Part shown: piece after piece, positions 39,840 through 50,394 of the stretch
Layout: every line of letters starts with the position of its first letter
Position numbering within the stretch: position 1 is the first letter of the stretch
DNA from: Desulfobacterales bacterium
GTDB taxonomy: Bacteria; Desulfobacterota; Desulfobacteria; Desulfobacterales; UBA2174
Assembly (NCBI GenBank): GCA_963668645.2
Contig: CAXXWC010000013.1
Span: 243,615-307,614 of the forward strand
Length of the DNA stretch: 64,000 nucleotides
Direction of reading: 5' to 3'
Position numbers and translations under genes: made by a program
Notes under the pieces: model-generated
Told to the model about the DNA's origin: nothing
The model's input: the letters and a program-made list of their open reading frames with translations, nothing else
Databases searched by the model: none

Positions 39840-40376
39840 ATGACCGCTTCAGCACCAAAAATCCTGATTCTGGGGGTCGGCAACATCCTGTACACCGATG
39901 AAGGATTCGGCATCCGGGTCATCGAACGGATCCAAAAATGGTATGATCTTCCGGACAACGTCAACGCCGTTGACGGCGGAGTCCTGGGGGTTCACCTGAT
40001 GGGGGTGATTTCCCAGGCGGACCACCTCATCGTGGTGGACATCATCCGCAACAACGGCCGTCCCGGAGATCTTCACCGGCTGGCTGGCGACGAGATCCCG
40101 GGCCGTATCCGGGCCAAGAACTCACTGCACCAGATCGATTTTCTCGAAGCCCTGACCCTCTGCCAGGCCCTGGACAAGGTGCCCGAAACCGTCATCGTGG
40201 GACCCGAGCCCGAGGACATGGAGACCCTGGCCATCGGGTTAACTGCTACTCTCGAAAGCCGGGTGGAGGCGACCGTCGCCATGGTTTCGGCCGAACTCGA
40301 GCGTCTCGGTGTTCATCTGCAAAAAAGGACTTGTGCCCATGTGCCTGGCGATACCTTCCCGCATTACGAAAATTGA
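39840..40376 (+). CDS. Hydrogenase maturation endopeptidase (HyaD/HybD family)
   Basis: ILGVGNILYTDEGFG, VDGG, LIVVD and SLHQ motifs. Confidence 0.92.
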   Translation: MTASAPKILILGVGNILYTDEGFGIRVIERIQKWYDLPDNVNAVDGGVLGVHLMGVISQADHLIVVDIIRNNGRPGDLHRLAGDEIPGRIRAKNSLHQIDFLEALTLCQALDKVPETVIVGPEPEDMETLAIGLTATLESRVEATVAMVSAELERLGVHLQKRTCAHVPGDTFPHYEN

Positions 40377-40578
40377 AAACGATATGGCCGTCATCGACGC
40401 GGACGGGGTCCGGCGCGAGGTGAGTCTCCTGCTGATCGAAGATCCGCGGGTGGGCGAATACGTCATCGTGCATGCCGGGTTCGCCATTCGCAAGATCGAC
40501 GAGGCCGAGGCCGAAGAATCGCTGCAGCTGCTGCGGGAGGCGGCGGCTTTTGCCGCCCTCGGGCCGCAGACGCCCTGA
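40339..40578 (+). CDS. hypC: Hydrogenase maturation chaperone
   Basis: MCLAIP start and GEYVIVHAGFAI motif. Confidence 0.96.
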   Translation: MCLAIPSRITKIENDMAVIDADGVRREVSLLLIEDPRVGEYVIVHAGFAIRKIDEAEAEESLQLLREAAAFAALGPQTP

Positions 40579-40586
40579 ACGGCCCG

Positions 40587-42884
40587 GTGCGCAAACCGGC
40601 CATGGCCTCGTGCGACACATCTCAGATCGCCCTTGGCGTAAAGGTGGGCGGCATCGTCCAGGGGGTCGGGTTCAGGCCCTTTGTCTTCCAGCAGGCCTTG
40701 CGGTTGGGTCTCACCGGAGAGGTGGCCAACACCTCCAGCGGGGTTGCGATCCACGTCGAGGGGGCCCGGCAGGCGGTGGCCGCCTTCGTCGACGCGCTGA
40801 CCCGGCAGGCGCCGCCCCTGGCGCGGATCACCACGGTGGAGACGGCTGAAGCCGCCCTGCGGTGCCTGGACGCTTTCCGCATCGTCCACAGCCAGCGGGC
40901 TGCGTCCCGGGCCACCCTCATCAGCCCGGACATGGCGGTCTGCGACGATTGCCTGGCCGAGCTTTTCGACCCGGCCGACCGCCGTTTCGGCTATCCGTTC
41001 ATCAACTGCACCAACTGCGGTCCGCGCTATACCATCATCGACGATGTCCCCTACGACCGGCCCCATACCAGCATGCGGCGTTTTACCATGTGCCCGGAGT
41101 GCCAGGCCGAATACGATGACCCGGGCAATCGTCGCTTTCACGCCCAACCCAACGCCTGCGCCCGGTGCGGCCCCCGGGTGAGCCTCTGCACTCCGGAAGG
41201 GCGGGTGTTGAAGGTTGGCGATCCCATCTGCGAGACGGCCCGGCGCCTCATGGCGGGGCGCATCGTGGCCGTCAAGGGGCTGGGCGGATTTCATCTGGCC
41301 TCCGATGCCCTGAATGGGGCTGCGGTGGAACGGCTGCGCCGTCGCAAGCGGCGCGAGGAAAAGCCCTTTGCGCTGATGGCACCGGACCTGGAGACTGTCA
41401 AGCGCCTGGCGTACGTCGATGCGACCGCCGCGGCCCTTCTTGCTTCAGCTCAGCGACCCATCGTACTGGTACCCCGGCGCCGGGAGTCTCCCGTTGCCGA
41501 GGCGGTGGCCCCGGGCAATCCCAACCTGGGGTTCATGCTGCCCTATACCCCCTTGCACCACCTGCTCCTGCGCCAGGGGTTCACGGCCCTGGTGATGACC
41601 AGCGGCAATCTGAGCGAAGAGCCGATTTGCATCGACAACCAGGAAGCCTTTACCCGCCTGGGCGCCATCGCCGACGATTTTCTGATTCACGATCGGGACA
41701 TCTATCTGCGCGCGGACGATTCCATCCTGCGGCCCATGGCCGCCAAGACGCGCTTCATCCGCCGTTCCCGGGGATATGTACCGGCGCCGGTCTTTCTCAA
41801 AAAATCCCTGCCCCCCATCCTGGCCTGCGGCGCCGGGCTCAAAAACACTGTCTGTCTGGTCCGGGGAAACGAGGCCTTTGTCAGCCAGCACATCGGCGAT
41901 CTGGAGAATCGGGCTGCGGCCGATTTCCTCGAACTGACCGTGGGGCACATGGAGCGGATCCTGGACCTGAGTCCGCAGATCGTGGCCCACGATTTGCACC
42001 CGGATTATCTGAGCACGCGTTATGCCCTGGGGCGCAAAGGGGTACGCCGGATCGCCGTGCAGCACCACCATGCGCACATCGCCGGCGTGATGGCCGAACA
42101 TGGTCTGGAGGGGCGCCTGATCGGTCTGGCCCTGGACGGCACCGGCTACGGGACCGACGGCGCCATCTGGGGCAGCGAGGTCATGATCGCCGAGGCCGCG
42201 GCCTTCCAACGGGCGGCGCACCTGGCCTACGTGCCGATGCCCGGAGGCGAGAGCGCCATTCGGGAACCCTGGCGCATGGCGGCCAGCTACCTCTGGGATG
42301 CCTTCGGCCAGGACTGGGCCTGCCTCGATTTGCCCCTTTTCGGCCGGATCGATCCCGAAAAACTCTCGGTGGCCGTGCGCATGGCCCGCAGCGGCTTCAA
42401 CGCGCCGCCCACATCCAGCCTGGGACGCCTCTTCGACGGGGTGGCGGCTCTTTGCGGTCTTTACACCCGGGTCAGCTTCGAAGGCCAGGCGGCCATGGCC
42501 CTTGAAGCCGTCGCCGATCCTGCCGCCAGCGATGCATATCCTTTCGAGCGGTCCCCGGCCGTTTCCGGCCCCATCGCGACGGCGCCGTTGATCCGGGCCG
42601 TGGTGGCCGATTTGAGTTGCGGAACGCCGGTCTCGACGGTGGCCGGTCGTTTTCATCAGGCCCTGGTCCGTCTCTTCAGTGAAATCTGCATCCGGCTGCG
42701 GGCCGGAACCGGGCTGGAGCGGGTGGCGCTTTCCGGGGGGGTGTTCCAAAACGCCCTGTTCCTGGAAGGGATGGTGCAATCGCTGGAAAAGGCGGGCTTT
42801 AGCGTGTATACCCCCGAACAGGTGCCGGCCAACGACGGCGGCATCTGTCTGGGCCAGGCCCTGGTCGCCGCCGCCGGCGGCTGA
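40587..42884 (+). CDS. hypF: Carbamoyltransferase
   Basis: GIVQGVGFRPF, zinc fingers, KGLGGFHL, QHHHAH and PANDGGICLGQ motifs. Confidence 0.97.
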   Translation: MRKPAMASCDTSQIALGVKVGGIVQGVGFRPFVFQQALRLGLTGEVANTSSGVAIHVEGARQAVAAFVDALTRQAPPLARITTVETAEAALRCLDAFRIVHSQRAASRATLISPDMAVCDDCLAELFDPADRRFGYPFINCTNCGPRYTIIDDVPYDRPHTSMRRFTMCPECQAEYDDPGNRRFHAQPNACARCGPRVSLCTPEGRVLKVGDPICETARRLMAGRIVAVKGLGGFHLASDALNGAAVERLRRRKRREEKPFALMAPDLETVKRLAYVDATAAALLASAQRPIVLVPRRRESPVAEAVAPGNPNLGFMLPYTPLHHLLLRQGFTALVMTSGNLSEEPICIDNQEAFTRLGAIADDFLIHDRDIYLRADDSILRPMAAKTRFIRRSRGYVPAPVFLKKSLPPILACGAGLKNTVCLVRGNEAFVSQHIGDLENRAAADFLELTVGHMERILDLSPQIVAHDLHPDYLSTRYALGRKGVRRIAVQHHHAHIAGVMAEHGLEGRLIGLALDGTGYGTDGAIWGSEVMIAEAAAFQRAAHLAYVPMPGGESAIREPWRMAASYLWDAFGQDWACLDLPLFGRIDPEKLSVAVRMARSGFNAPPTSSLGRLFDGVAALCGLYTRVSFEGQAAMALEAVADPAASDAYPFERSPAVSGPIATAPLIRAVVADLSCGTPVSTVAGRFHQALVRLFSEICIRLRAGTGLERVALSGGVFQNALFLEGMVQSLEKAGFSVYTPEQVPANDGGICLGQALVAAAGG

Positions 42885-42927
42885 AAGGCCGGGCGGGCTT
42901 GGGCGTTTTGATAAAAAGGAAAGTGCA

Positions 42928-43539
42928 ATGGCGCTAGGCACGATGGCCGAAAACCTCCGCCTGCCCCTGACCTGGGCCGGAGCCGTGCTGGTGGCGGCGC
43001 TGCTGCTGCTCAGCAGCGGCCGGTGGGAGGAAACCTGGGGGCTGAGCTCGGTCCTTTTCGCCGCAGGGATGGCCCTGGTGGGCATCGCTTCTTTGGGAAG
43101 ACTCTGGTGTGCGCTTTATATCGCCGGCTACAAGGATGATCGGCTGGTCACCGACGGCCCTTACGCCATGTGCCGAAACCCGCTGTACCTGTTCAGCTTC
43201 ATCGGGGCTATCGGCGTCGGTCTGTGCACTGAAACCTTTACGATCGCCGCGATTCTGACGCTCCTGTTCACCGCCGCCTACCCGGCGGTGATCTGCGGCG
43301 AGGAGGCGCGTCTGGCCCGGCACTTCGGCGAGGCCTACCAGGAATACCGGCGGTGCACCCCGGCTTTTTTCCCCAAAATCGGGCTGCTTCGCGAACCGGC
43401 CACCTACCTCGTCAATCCCCGGGTTTTTCGGCGCAGTCTCTTCGACGCCCTCTGGTTCATCTGGATTGTGGGGATTCTGGAGGTCGTGGAAGAACTGCAC
43501 CACCTCGGGCTGTTGCCCGTGTTCTGGCGGCTCTATTAG
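42928..43539 (+). CDS. Isoprenylcysteine/phospholipid methyltransferase family membrane protein
   Basis: LVTDGPYAMCRNPLY and EEARLARHFGEAYQEYRRCTPAFFP motifs. Confidence 0.85.
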   Translation: MALGTMAENLRLPLTWAGAVLVAALLLLSSGRWEETWGLSSVLFAAGMALVGIASLGRLWCALYIAGYKDDRLVTDGPYAMCRNPLYLFSFIGAIGVGLCTETFTIAAILTLLFTAAYPAVICGEEARLARHFGEAYQEYRRCTPAFFPKIGLLREPATYLVNPRVFRRSLFDALWFIWIVGILEVVEELHHLGLLPVFWRLY

Positions 43540-43559
43540 CCTGCTGTGAGGATTTCAGG

Positions 43560-44651
43560 ATGTCTTTGAAATACGCCGAAGAATATCGGGACCCGGTTCT
43601 GGCCCGCAGATTGGCGGACCGGATCCGGGGGCGCAGCCGCCGGCCGGTGCGTCTCATGGAGGTCTGCGGCACCCACACGGTCAGCATCTTTCGCAGCGGC
43701 CTGCGGTCCCTGCTGCCGGAAACCATCACCCTGCTTTCCGGCCCGGGCTGTCCGGTCTGCGTCACGGCCCAGGCCGACATCGACGCCTTTGTCGCCCTGG
43801 CGCGCACCGAAGGGGTCATCGTCACAACTTTCGGCGACCTGATGCGGGTGCCGGGAACGGCCTCCAACCTGCTGCACGAACGCGGCCGGGGCCGCGACGT
43901 GCGAATCGTCTATTCGGCCTTCGACAGCTTGAAGATCGCCCGGGACAATCCCGGACACCAGGTGGTCTTTCTCGCGGTGGGGTTCGAGACCACGGCGCCC
44001 ACCGTGGCGGCCACGATCCAGGCGGCGGCGCGGGAAGGGATCGGCAATTTTTCCATTTATCCGGCCCACAAGACCGTTCCGCCGGCCCTGGCAGCCCTGC
44101 TGGCCATGGACGAAGTGGCCGTGGACGGGTTTTTGCTGCCCGGCCATGTGTCGGTGATCATCGGCACCGAGGCCTACCGGCCCCTTTTCGAAGCCCATCG
44201 GGTGCCGAGCGTAGTGGCCGGGTTCGAGCCGGCCGACCTGCTCGGCGCTATCGCCATGCTGGTGGATCAGATCGAGGATGGCGCTCCCCGGCTGGCCAAT
44301 GCCTATGAGCGGGTCGTGGCAGCCGGGGGCAACCCCAAGGCCCTGGCCGTGATGGACAGCGTCTTTCACCCCACAGACGCCGTCTGGCGCGGGCTGGGCG
44401 TGATTGCGGCCAGCGGCCTGGAGCTGGCGCCAGCCTTTGCCGGCTTCGACGCCCGGCAGCGCTTTACCCTCGAACTTCCCGAGCCGGTGGAACCCAAGGG
44501 GTGCGCCTGCGGCCAGATCCTCACCGGGGCCCGGCGCCCTTTCGAGTGCCCCCTTTTTCGCACCCGCTGCACGCCCATGGATCCGGTGGGCCCGTGTATG
44601 GTCTCCAGCGAAGGGACCTGCGCGGCCTATTATCGCTACCATGCGGGCTGA
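43560..44651 (+). CDS. hypD: Hydrogenase maturation protein
   Basis: MEVCGTH, GPGCPVC, GFETT, PGHVS and GPCMVSSEGTC motifs. Confidence 0.97.
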   Translation: MSLKYAEEYRDPVLARRLADRIRGRSRRPVRLMEVCGTHTVSIFRSGLRSLLPETITLLSGPGCPVCVTAQADIDAFVALARTEGVIVTTFGDLMRVPGTASNLLHERGRGRDVRIVYSAFDSLKIARDNPGHQVVFLAVGFETTAPTVAATIQAAAREGIGNFSIYPAHKTVPPALAALLAMDEVAVDGFLLPGHVSVIIGTEAYRPLFEAHRVPSVVAGFEPADLLGAIAMLVDQIEDGAPRLANAYERVVAAGGNPKALAVMDSVFHPTDAVWRGLGVIAASGLELAPAFAGFDARQRFTLELPEPVEPKGCACGQILTGARRPFECPLFRTRCTPMDPVGPCMVSSEGTCAAYYRYHAG

Positions 44652-44670
44652 GCCCGCCACAGAGGCTAAT

Positions 44671-45681
44671 ATGCAAAACGATACCGTCTTGCTGGACCAC
44701 GGCGCCGGCGGCAAGCTGGCCCACCGGCTGACCACCGAGTTGATGCTGCCGATCCTGGACAATCCGATCCTGGCCCCCCTTCACGACGGGGCGGTCTTTG
44801 ACCTGCCGGCCGGGCGCTTGGCCTTTTCCACCGACAGCTACACCGTTACGCCCCTGTTCTTTCCCGGGGGCAGTATCGGGGACCTGGCGGTCAACGGCAC
44901 GGTCAACGACGTGGCCATGTGCGGGGCGCGGCCGGTTTTTCTCAGCCTGGCCCTGATCATCGAGGAAGGGCTGCCCCTGAATGACCTGGAGCGGATCTTG
45001 CGCGATGCGGCCGAGGCGGCGCGGCGCGCCGGGGTGGCCATCGTTACCGGCGACACCAAGGTGGTGCCCAGCGGCGCGGTGGACCGGATTTTCATCAACA
45101 CCGCCGGGGTGGGACTCGTGGCCGAGGGGGTCGAGGTGGGCGGGCACCTGGCCCGGGTGGGCGACCGGGTGTTGCTCAGCGGCACCATCGCCGACCACGG
45201 GATGACCATCATGACCCAGCGCCAGGAACTGGGGCTCGATTTCCCGCTGCAAAGCGATTCGGCGCCCTTGAACCATATGGTGCGGCACATGCTGGCCGCT
45301 TCCGGGCAGATCCGGGTGCTGCGCGATCCCACCCGCGGGGGGCTGGGCACGGCCCTTTGCGAGATCGCCCAGCAAAGCGGGGTCGGGATCCGGATTGACG
45401 AGGCGTCTGTCCCCGTGCGTCCGGCAGTGGTCGGGGCCTGTGAACTGCTCGGGTTCGATCCGCTTTACGTGGCCAACGAGGGCAAGCTCATCGCCGTCGT
45501 TGGCCCCCAGGAGGCACCGGCGGTGCTGGCGGCCATGCGGGCCGATCCATTCGGGGCGGATGCCTGCGAAATCGGCACGGTGACTGCGGATCGACCCGGG
45601 CGGGTGACGATGACCACCCGTATCGGCGGCGAGCGCATCGTGGACATGCTGGCCGGAGAGCAGCTTCCAAGAATCTGCTGA
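44671..45681 (+). CDS. hypE: Hydrogenase maturation protein
   Basis: HGAGG, GDTKVV and RDPTRGG motifs; C-terminal PRIC. Confidence 0.97.
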   Translation: MQNDTVLLDHGAGGKLAHRLTTELMLPILDNPILAPLHDGAVFDLPAGRLAFSTDSYTVTPLFFPGGSIGDLAVNGTVNDVAMCGARPVFLSLALIIEEGLPLNDLERILRDAAEAARRAGVAIVTGDTKVVPSGAVDRIFINTAGVGLVAEGVEVGGHLARVGDRVLLSGTIADHGMTIMTQRQELGLDFPLQSDSAPLNHMVRHMLAASGQIRVLRDPTRGGLGTALCEIAQQSGVGIRIDEASVPVRPAVVGACELLGFDPLYVANEGKLIAVVGPQEAPAVLAAMRADPFGADACEIGTVTADRPGRVTMTTRIGGERIVDMLAGEQLPRIC

Positions 45682-45716
45682 CAATCGACCGGCGCAGATT
45701 TTAATCAGATATCGGT

Positions 45717-46820
45717 GTGATCCAGCAAATGGCATCGCGTTACCATTTTCGAATCTCCGGTTTCAGTTTTCAAACCCTATCGCACCGTCTTTTCCGCCTA
45801 ACGGGTTTCAGCTTGGCCCTGATAACCTTGGCGGTGGCCCTCGCCGGTTGTTCGGCCAGGCGTGAAACCCGCCTGGCCGGCCGGACCATGGGGACCACCT
45901 ACCACGTCACGGTGGTCCACGGCTTTTTCAACCGTCCCCGGGGGCTGGATCTTCTGCTGACCCACCGGCTCGAAGAGATCGAGCAGCGCTTTTCCACCTA
46001 TCGGTCCGACAGTGAAATCAACCGCTTCAACCGCTGGCCGGCCCAGGGCGAAGCGTTCAAGGCGTCGGCCGAATTTGATCTGCTCATCGCAACCGCGGCC
46101 CGGATTCACGCGTTGAGCCGGGGCGCCTGGGATCCAACCGTGCGCCCCCTGGTGGATCTGTGGGGCTTCGGTCCGGCTCCGGCTGCCGGTCGCGTCCCGG
46201 ATGCGAGCGCCATCCAGGCGGCCCGGGAAGCCGTGGGCTTCAAACGGATCCGGCGCGAAGCGAACCAGACCCTGGTCAAGACCGACAGCCGGGTCAGCCT
46301 CGACCTGGCCTCCATCGCCAAGGGTTACGGGGTCGACGCGCTGGCGGCCCTGATCCGCAACGAAGGGTACGGCGACTTTCTTGTGGAGATCGGCGGCGAG
46401 GTGTTTGCCGCCGGCCGCCGGCCGGACGGAAGCCCCTGGCGGGTGGGAATAAATCAGCCCCGGGCCGATGCAAGCCCCGATGCGGTCTACCGCATCCTGG
46501 GGCTCACGGATCGGGCCATGGCTACCAGCGGGGATTACCGCAATTTTTTCGAGTCTGAAGGGCGGCGCTACGCCCACATCATCGATCCGCGCACCGGATT
46601 TCCGGTGGCCAACGGGGTGGTCAGCGCCACGGTCACCGCCCCGGACTGTACCCTGGCCGACGCCCTGGCCACTGCCTTGTGCGTGATGGGCCCCGCGTCC
46701 GGTCTGGCCATGATCGATACCCTTTCCGGGGTCGAAGCCTTGGTGCTGGTGGCCGCCGGGGACGGGACCAGGGTTGAAGAATACCGCTCCAGCGGGTTCC
46801 CCTCAGGCACGGTCCCTTGA
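45717..46820 (+). CDS. apbE: FAD:protein FMN transferase (lipoprotein)
   Basis: Lipobox LAGC; TMGT, DLASIAKGYGVD, ATSGDY and HIIDPRTG motifs. Start uncertain. Confidence 0.92.
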   Translation: MIQQMASRYHFRISGFSFQTLSHRLFRLTGFSLALITLAVALAGCSARRETRLAGRTMGTTYHVTVVHGFFNRPRGLDLLLTHRLEEIEQRFSTYRSDSEINRFNRWPAQGEAFKASAEFDLLIATAARIHALSRGAWDPTVRPLVDLWGFGPAPAAGRVPDASAIQAAREAVGFKRIRREANQTLVKTDSRVSLDLASIAKGYGVDALAALIRNEGYGDFLVEIGGEVFAAGRRPDGSPWRVGINQPRADASPDAVYRILGLTDRAMATSGDYRNFFESEGRRYAHIIDPRTGFPVANGVVSATVTAPDCTLADALATALCVMGPASGLAMIDTLSGVEALVLVAAGDGTRVEEYRSSGFPSGTVP

Positions 46821-46828
46821 CGCGATCG

Positions 46829-46856
46829 TTGACAAGACCGGTTTTTCTTATAGAAT
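46829..46856 (+). promoter_or_regulatory. Putative sigma70 promoter
   Basis: TTGACA, 16 nt spacer, TAGAAT. Confidence 0.6.
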
Positions 46857-47054
46857 CTTTGTAACGCTAAAGGCACCGCATCAATGATCTGAAGCCGTGC
46901 CGGCGGTCGTTTCTCCAAGCGATTCCGTTTTACATCATCCGCGGCCAGGAAACGGAACTTCTCCGTATCCTTTGAAGATGACCACTCCAACCACGGTCCT
47001 GAGGGAACGTGCCAGGCGTCCGGCATGGCTTCCCACGGGTGTTGCGGGGTCAAA

Positions 47055-50000
47055 ATGGGCCAACGGTCTTTTCTCCAAAGGTTCGCCGAGCGCTATTTCG
47101 GTTTTGTCCTGGAACGGCCGGGATTTGTCCTGGCCTTGGCCGCCGCCGTGACCTTTCTTTTCGCACTTCAGGTCCCGCGGTTGAATTTTTCCGCCTCGGT
47201 CTACGATCTGATCATCCAGGATCTGCCGGAAAACAAGGTATATCGCGAATTCAAACAGCGCTTCGGCTCCGATGAGATCATCCGCGTGGTGGTCAAGGGC
47301 CGGGATGTCTTCGATCCAGAGCTGTTCCAGAAGCTGACCGACCTTTCCGATGCTCTGGCCCGCATCCACGGCGTCCATCAGGTGATCGGCCTGCCCGAGG
47401 TGCGCCGGGCGGTGGACATGGGTGGCAGCTGGTCCATCGACAGATTCGCCGCGGTGATGAAGCCGGTGGCGCTCTTTGAGCGCAATCTCTTCTCAACCGA
47501 CCGGCACACCGCGGCCCTGACCCTGATGCTGGCCGACGGGGCCGACCAGAACGCCGTCATTGCCCAGGTCCAGCAGGCCCTTGATGCCGCCCCGATTGGC
47601 GCCGAACGCTACCAGATCGGCATGCCGCTGGTCTCACAGGCGCTGGAGCAATTTACGCGCAAGGATTTTTTTCGCCTGCCCCCGGTCACCCTGCTGCTGA
47701 TCGTCTTGATGCTTTGGGGCATTTTCCGGCGCTTCGGCGACCTTATTCTGCCGCTGGCCTGTGTCGGAACCGGGCTGATCTGGACCCTCGGCTTTATCGC
47801 TGCCAGCGGGATGCCCCTTTCGATGCTCACCATGATCGTGCCAATCTTTCTGATCGCCGTGGGCACGGCCTATTGCCTGCATATCATCGCCGAATACCAC
47901 GTCTGGACCCGGCAAAGCGCCACCGCCGTTGAGGCGGTGCTCGGGACTTTCAGCCATACGGCCTTTCCGACGGCCCTGGCCGTGGGCACCACGGTTCTCG
48001 GATTGGCCTCCCTGTTCATCAGCCGGATCCCGATGATCCGCGAGTTCGCCCTTTTCGCCTGTTTCGGTATGTTCAGCCTCTTGGTGCTGATGTTGAGCGT
48101 TTTTCCCGCTCTTTTGGTCCTCACCCCCCTGCCCAAAGGTTCCAAAGGCGGCCAGGAGGATGACGAGGGGTGGCTGGATCGTATGATCCAGGCGATGGTG
48201 CGCTTGACCCTCAAGCACCAGCGGGAAACGTTGATCCTTTTCGCGCTGTCGGCCGTCGTGCTTCTCGTCGGGGTTTTTCAGCTCAAGGTCGAAACCAATC
48301 CCATGCGCTACTTCAAGCCGCAGATCCCGGTCAGCCGTCATTTCCATGATATCTACCAGGATCTTTGCGGGGCGTTCCCCATCAACCTGGCCTTGGGCGG
48401 CGGCCAGGCCGATTTTTTCGAAGATCCGGCCCAGATCGGGCGCATCGCTGAAGTCCAGGCTTACTTGGAAAGCCTGCCGGGGGTGGACAAGACCATCTCG
48501 CTTGCCGATTATCTCAAACTGGTCAACTACGCCAGCAACGGCTTCGATGCCGCCCATTACACCCTGCCCGAAGCGGCCTGGGAGCTGCGCATGCTTTTCA
48601 ACAGCTTCAAGACCCTTCTGGGCGAAGAGATGCTGCAGCGCTTTGTCACCTCGGATCTGAGCACGACCAACATCATGCTCATGACCCATCTTTCCAACTC
48701 GCGGGACATCATCGCGCTGCGCCGCCAGATCGAAACGTACCTGCAAGGGCGAATCGCGCCGGCGGTTGAAAGGGACCTGACCGGTTTCAGCGTGGTGGTT
48801 TCCGCCAGCAGCGATCTGCTCACCCGCGGCCAGATCAAGAGCCTGCTTTTGACCATGACGGTGGTCTTTGCCATCATGTTCGCCCTCTTTTTGTCCGCCA
48901 AGGTCGGCCTGATCGCCATTGTCCCCAATGTTTTTCCGATCCTGGTCAATCTGGGGGTGATGGGCTGGTTCGGCATCGAGCTGTCGATGTTCACCAGCCT
49001 GATCGCCAGCATCGCCATCGGCCTGGCGGTGGATGACACGATCCATTACCTGGTGCGCTACAACCGGGAGTTCAAGCTCGATCTGAACGACGAGCGGGCC
49101 CTTTCCGCCACCTTGCACCACATCGGACGGCCCATCGTCTACACCACCGTGACCATCAGTGCCGGCTTTGCGATCCTGACTTTTTCCAGTTTCCAGCCCA
49201 CCGCGATTTTCGGCCTGCTGATGGTGGTGACCCTCATTTCGGCCCTGGCCGGAGATCTGCTCTTGCTGCCGATCTTGATGCGCCATGTGGAGTTGGTCAC
49301 CCTGTGGGACCTGGTGCGCATCAAGCTGGGCGTCGACCCGCAGGAGGGTCTGCCGTTGTTTCGCGGGCTTTCGCGTACCGAGGTGCACTACATTATCGTG
49401 GCCGGCGCCCTGCGCCAGGTAAAGGCCGGTCAGGTGATTTTCAGGAAAGGGGAGCCCAGCGATTCGATGTATGCCGTCATCGACGGCGAGCTGGAAGTCT
49501 TCGATCATCCCCTGGACCTCGATCCGACAGTCAACGGCTGGGATGCCAAACGCCTCGACATGCTGCACACCGGAGACGTGGTGGGCGAGATGGGGCTGCT
49601 GCGCGGTGCGGCGCGTTCAGCAACGGTAGTGGCCCACAAACCGGCCGAGCTGCTTCAGATCAACATGAGCATGATCCGGCGCCTGCAATGGCTCTACCCG
49701 CCGGCGGCGCAGCGGTTTTTTCTCAACCTGATGAATATCCTGTGCCATCGGATCGAAAATGTTTCCCGCTGTCTTTTCGCCTCCAGCCAGGTGGACGATT
49801 TGAGCGGTCTTTACAACCGGCGCGTCTTTTTAAACCAGCTCGAGCAGGAGCTGCGCCGCTGCCGGCGCTACGGCATCGACCTGACCCTCTGCCTGCTTTA
49901 CCTCGATTCCTGCGGTCAACCGGTGCCCGAGGCCACAAACCAGCCCATGACCCGCGAGGAGGTCGATTTCTTGCGGCGCCTGCCGGAAATGGTGCGCCAA

Positions 50001-50246
50001 AACGACATCATCGGCCGGATCGACCACAGGCTTTTGGGGATTTTAATGCCGCACACACCGTCGTCGCTGGCGCGCTATCTGTCTTCACGTCTTTGCCAGG
50101 TCTTCGACACGGGCAACCTTTCGGTGGCCGTCCACCTGGTTCGGCTGGACCAGATGCCGCTGCTTTCGGGTGAAGACCTGCTGCAAAATGTCCTGTCCAG
50201 TGTCGAGGCCGATCCCATCTGTTCGATTTGCGGGCCACCGGCTTGA
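47055..50246 (+). CDS. MMPL/RND family transporter with C-terminal cNMP-binding and degenerate GGDEF domains
   Basis: Two RND repeats (IAVGTAYCLH; IGLAVDDTIH), cNMP motifs IFRKGE...GEMGLL...RSATVVA, and DDLSGLYNRR...RQNDIIGRIDHR. Confidence 0.85.
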   Translation: MGQRSFLQRFAERYFGFVLERPGFVLALAAAVTFLFALQVPRLNFSASVYDLIIQDLPENKVYREFKQRFGSDEIIRVVVKGRDVFDPELFQKLTDLSDALARIHGVHQVIGLPEVRRAVDMGGSWSIDRFAAVMKPVALFERNLFSTDRHTAALTLMLADGADQNAVIAQVQQALDAAPIGAERYQIGMPLVSQALEQFTRKDFFRLPPVTLLLIVLMLWGIFRRFGDLILPLACVGTGLIWTLGFIAASGMPLSMLTMIVPIFLIAVGTAYCLHIIAEYHVWTRQSATAVEAVLGTFSHTAFPTALAVGTTVLGLASLFISRIPMIREFALFACFGMFSLLVLMLSVFPALLVLTPLPKGSKGGQEDDEGWLDRMIQAMVRLTLKHQRETLILFALSAVVLLVGVFQLKVETNPMRYFKPQIPVSRHFHDIYQDLCGAFPINLALGGGQADFFEDPAQIGRIAEVQAYLESLPGVDKTISLADYLKLVNYASNGFDAAHYTLPEAAWELRMLFNSFKTLLGEEMLQRFVTSDLSTTNIMLMTHLSNSRDIIALRRQIETYLQGRIAPAVERDLTGFSVVVSASSDLLTRGQIKSLLLTMTVVFAIMFALFLSAKVGLIAIVPNVFPILVNLGVMGWFGIELSMFTSLIASIAIGLAVDDTIHYLVRYNREFKLDLNDERALSATLHHIGRPIVYTTVTISAGFAILTFSSFQPTAIFGLLMVVTLISALAGDLLLLPILMRHVELVTLWDLVRIKLGVDPQEGLPLFRGLSRTEVHYIIVAGALRQVKAGQVIFRKGEPSDSMYAVIDGELEVFDHPLDLDPTVNGWDAKRLDMLHTGDVVGEMGLLRGAARSATVVAHKPAELLQINMSMIRRLQWLYPPAAQRFFLNLMNILCHRIENVSRCLFASSQVDDLSGLYNRRVFLNQLEQELRRCRRYGIDLTLCLLYLDSCGQPVPEATNQPMTREEVDFLRRLPEMVRQNDIIGRIDHRLLGILMPHTPSSLARYLSSRLCQVFDTGNLSVAVHLVRLDQMPLLSGEDLLQNVLSSVEADPICSICGPPA

Positions 50247-50394
50247 CATCCCGCCGCGGGTTTCCTAATTTGCACCTCTGCGTATCGCCGCTATTTTCAA
50301 AGTTTCTGGCTTTTTAGCGAGGGGCTTGGTGCGCATCTGCCGGACACCGGCAGGATCTTTGCTGGAAAGAAGCATTTTAAAAAGGATTCAGCCT

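Noticed and set aside
40339..40376. 38 nt overlap of the protease and hypC as a possible frameshift
   Set aside because: Both proteins have complete motifs, so a short tail overlap is sufficient explanation.
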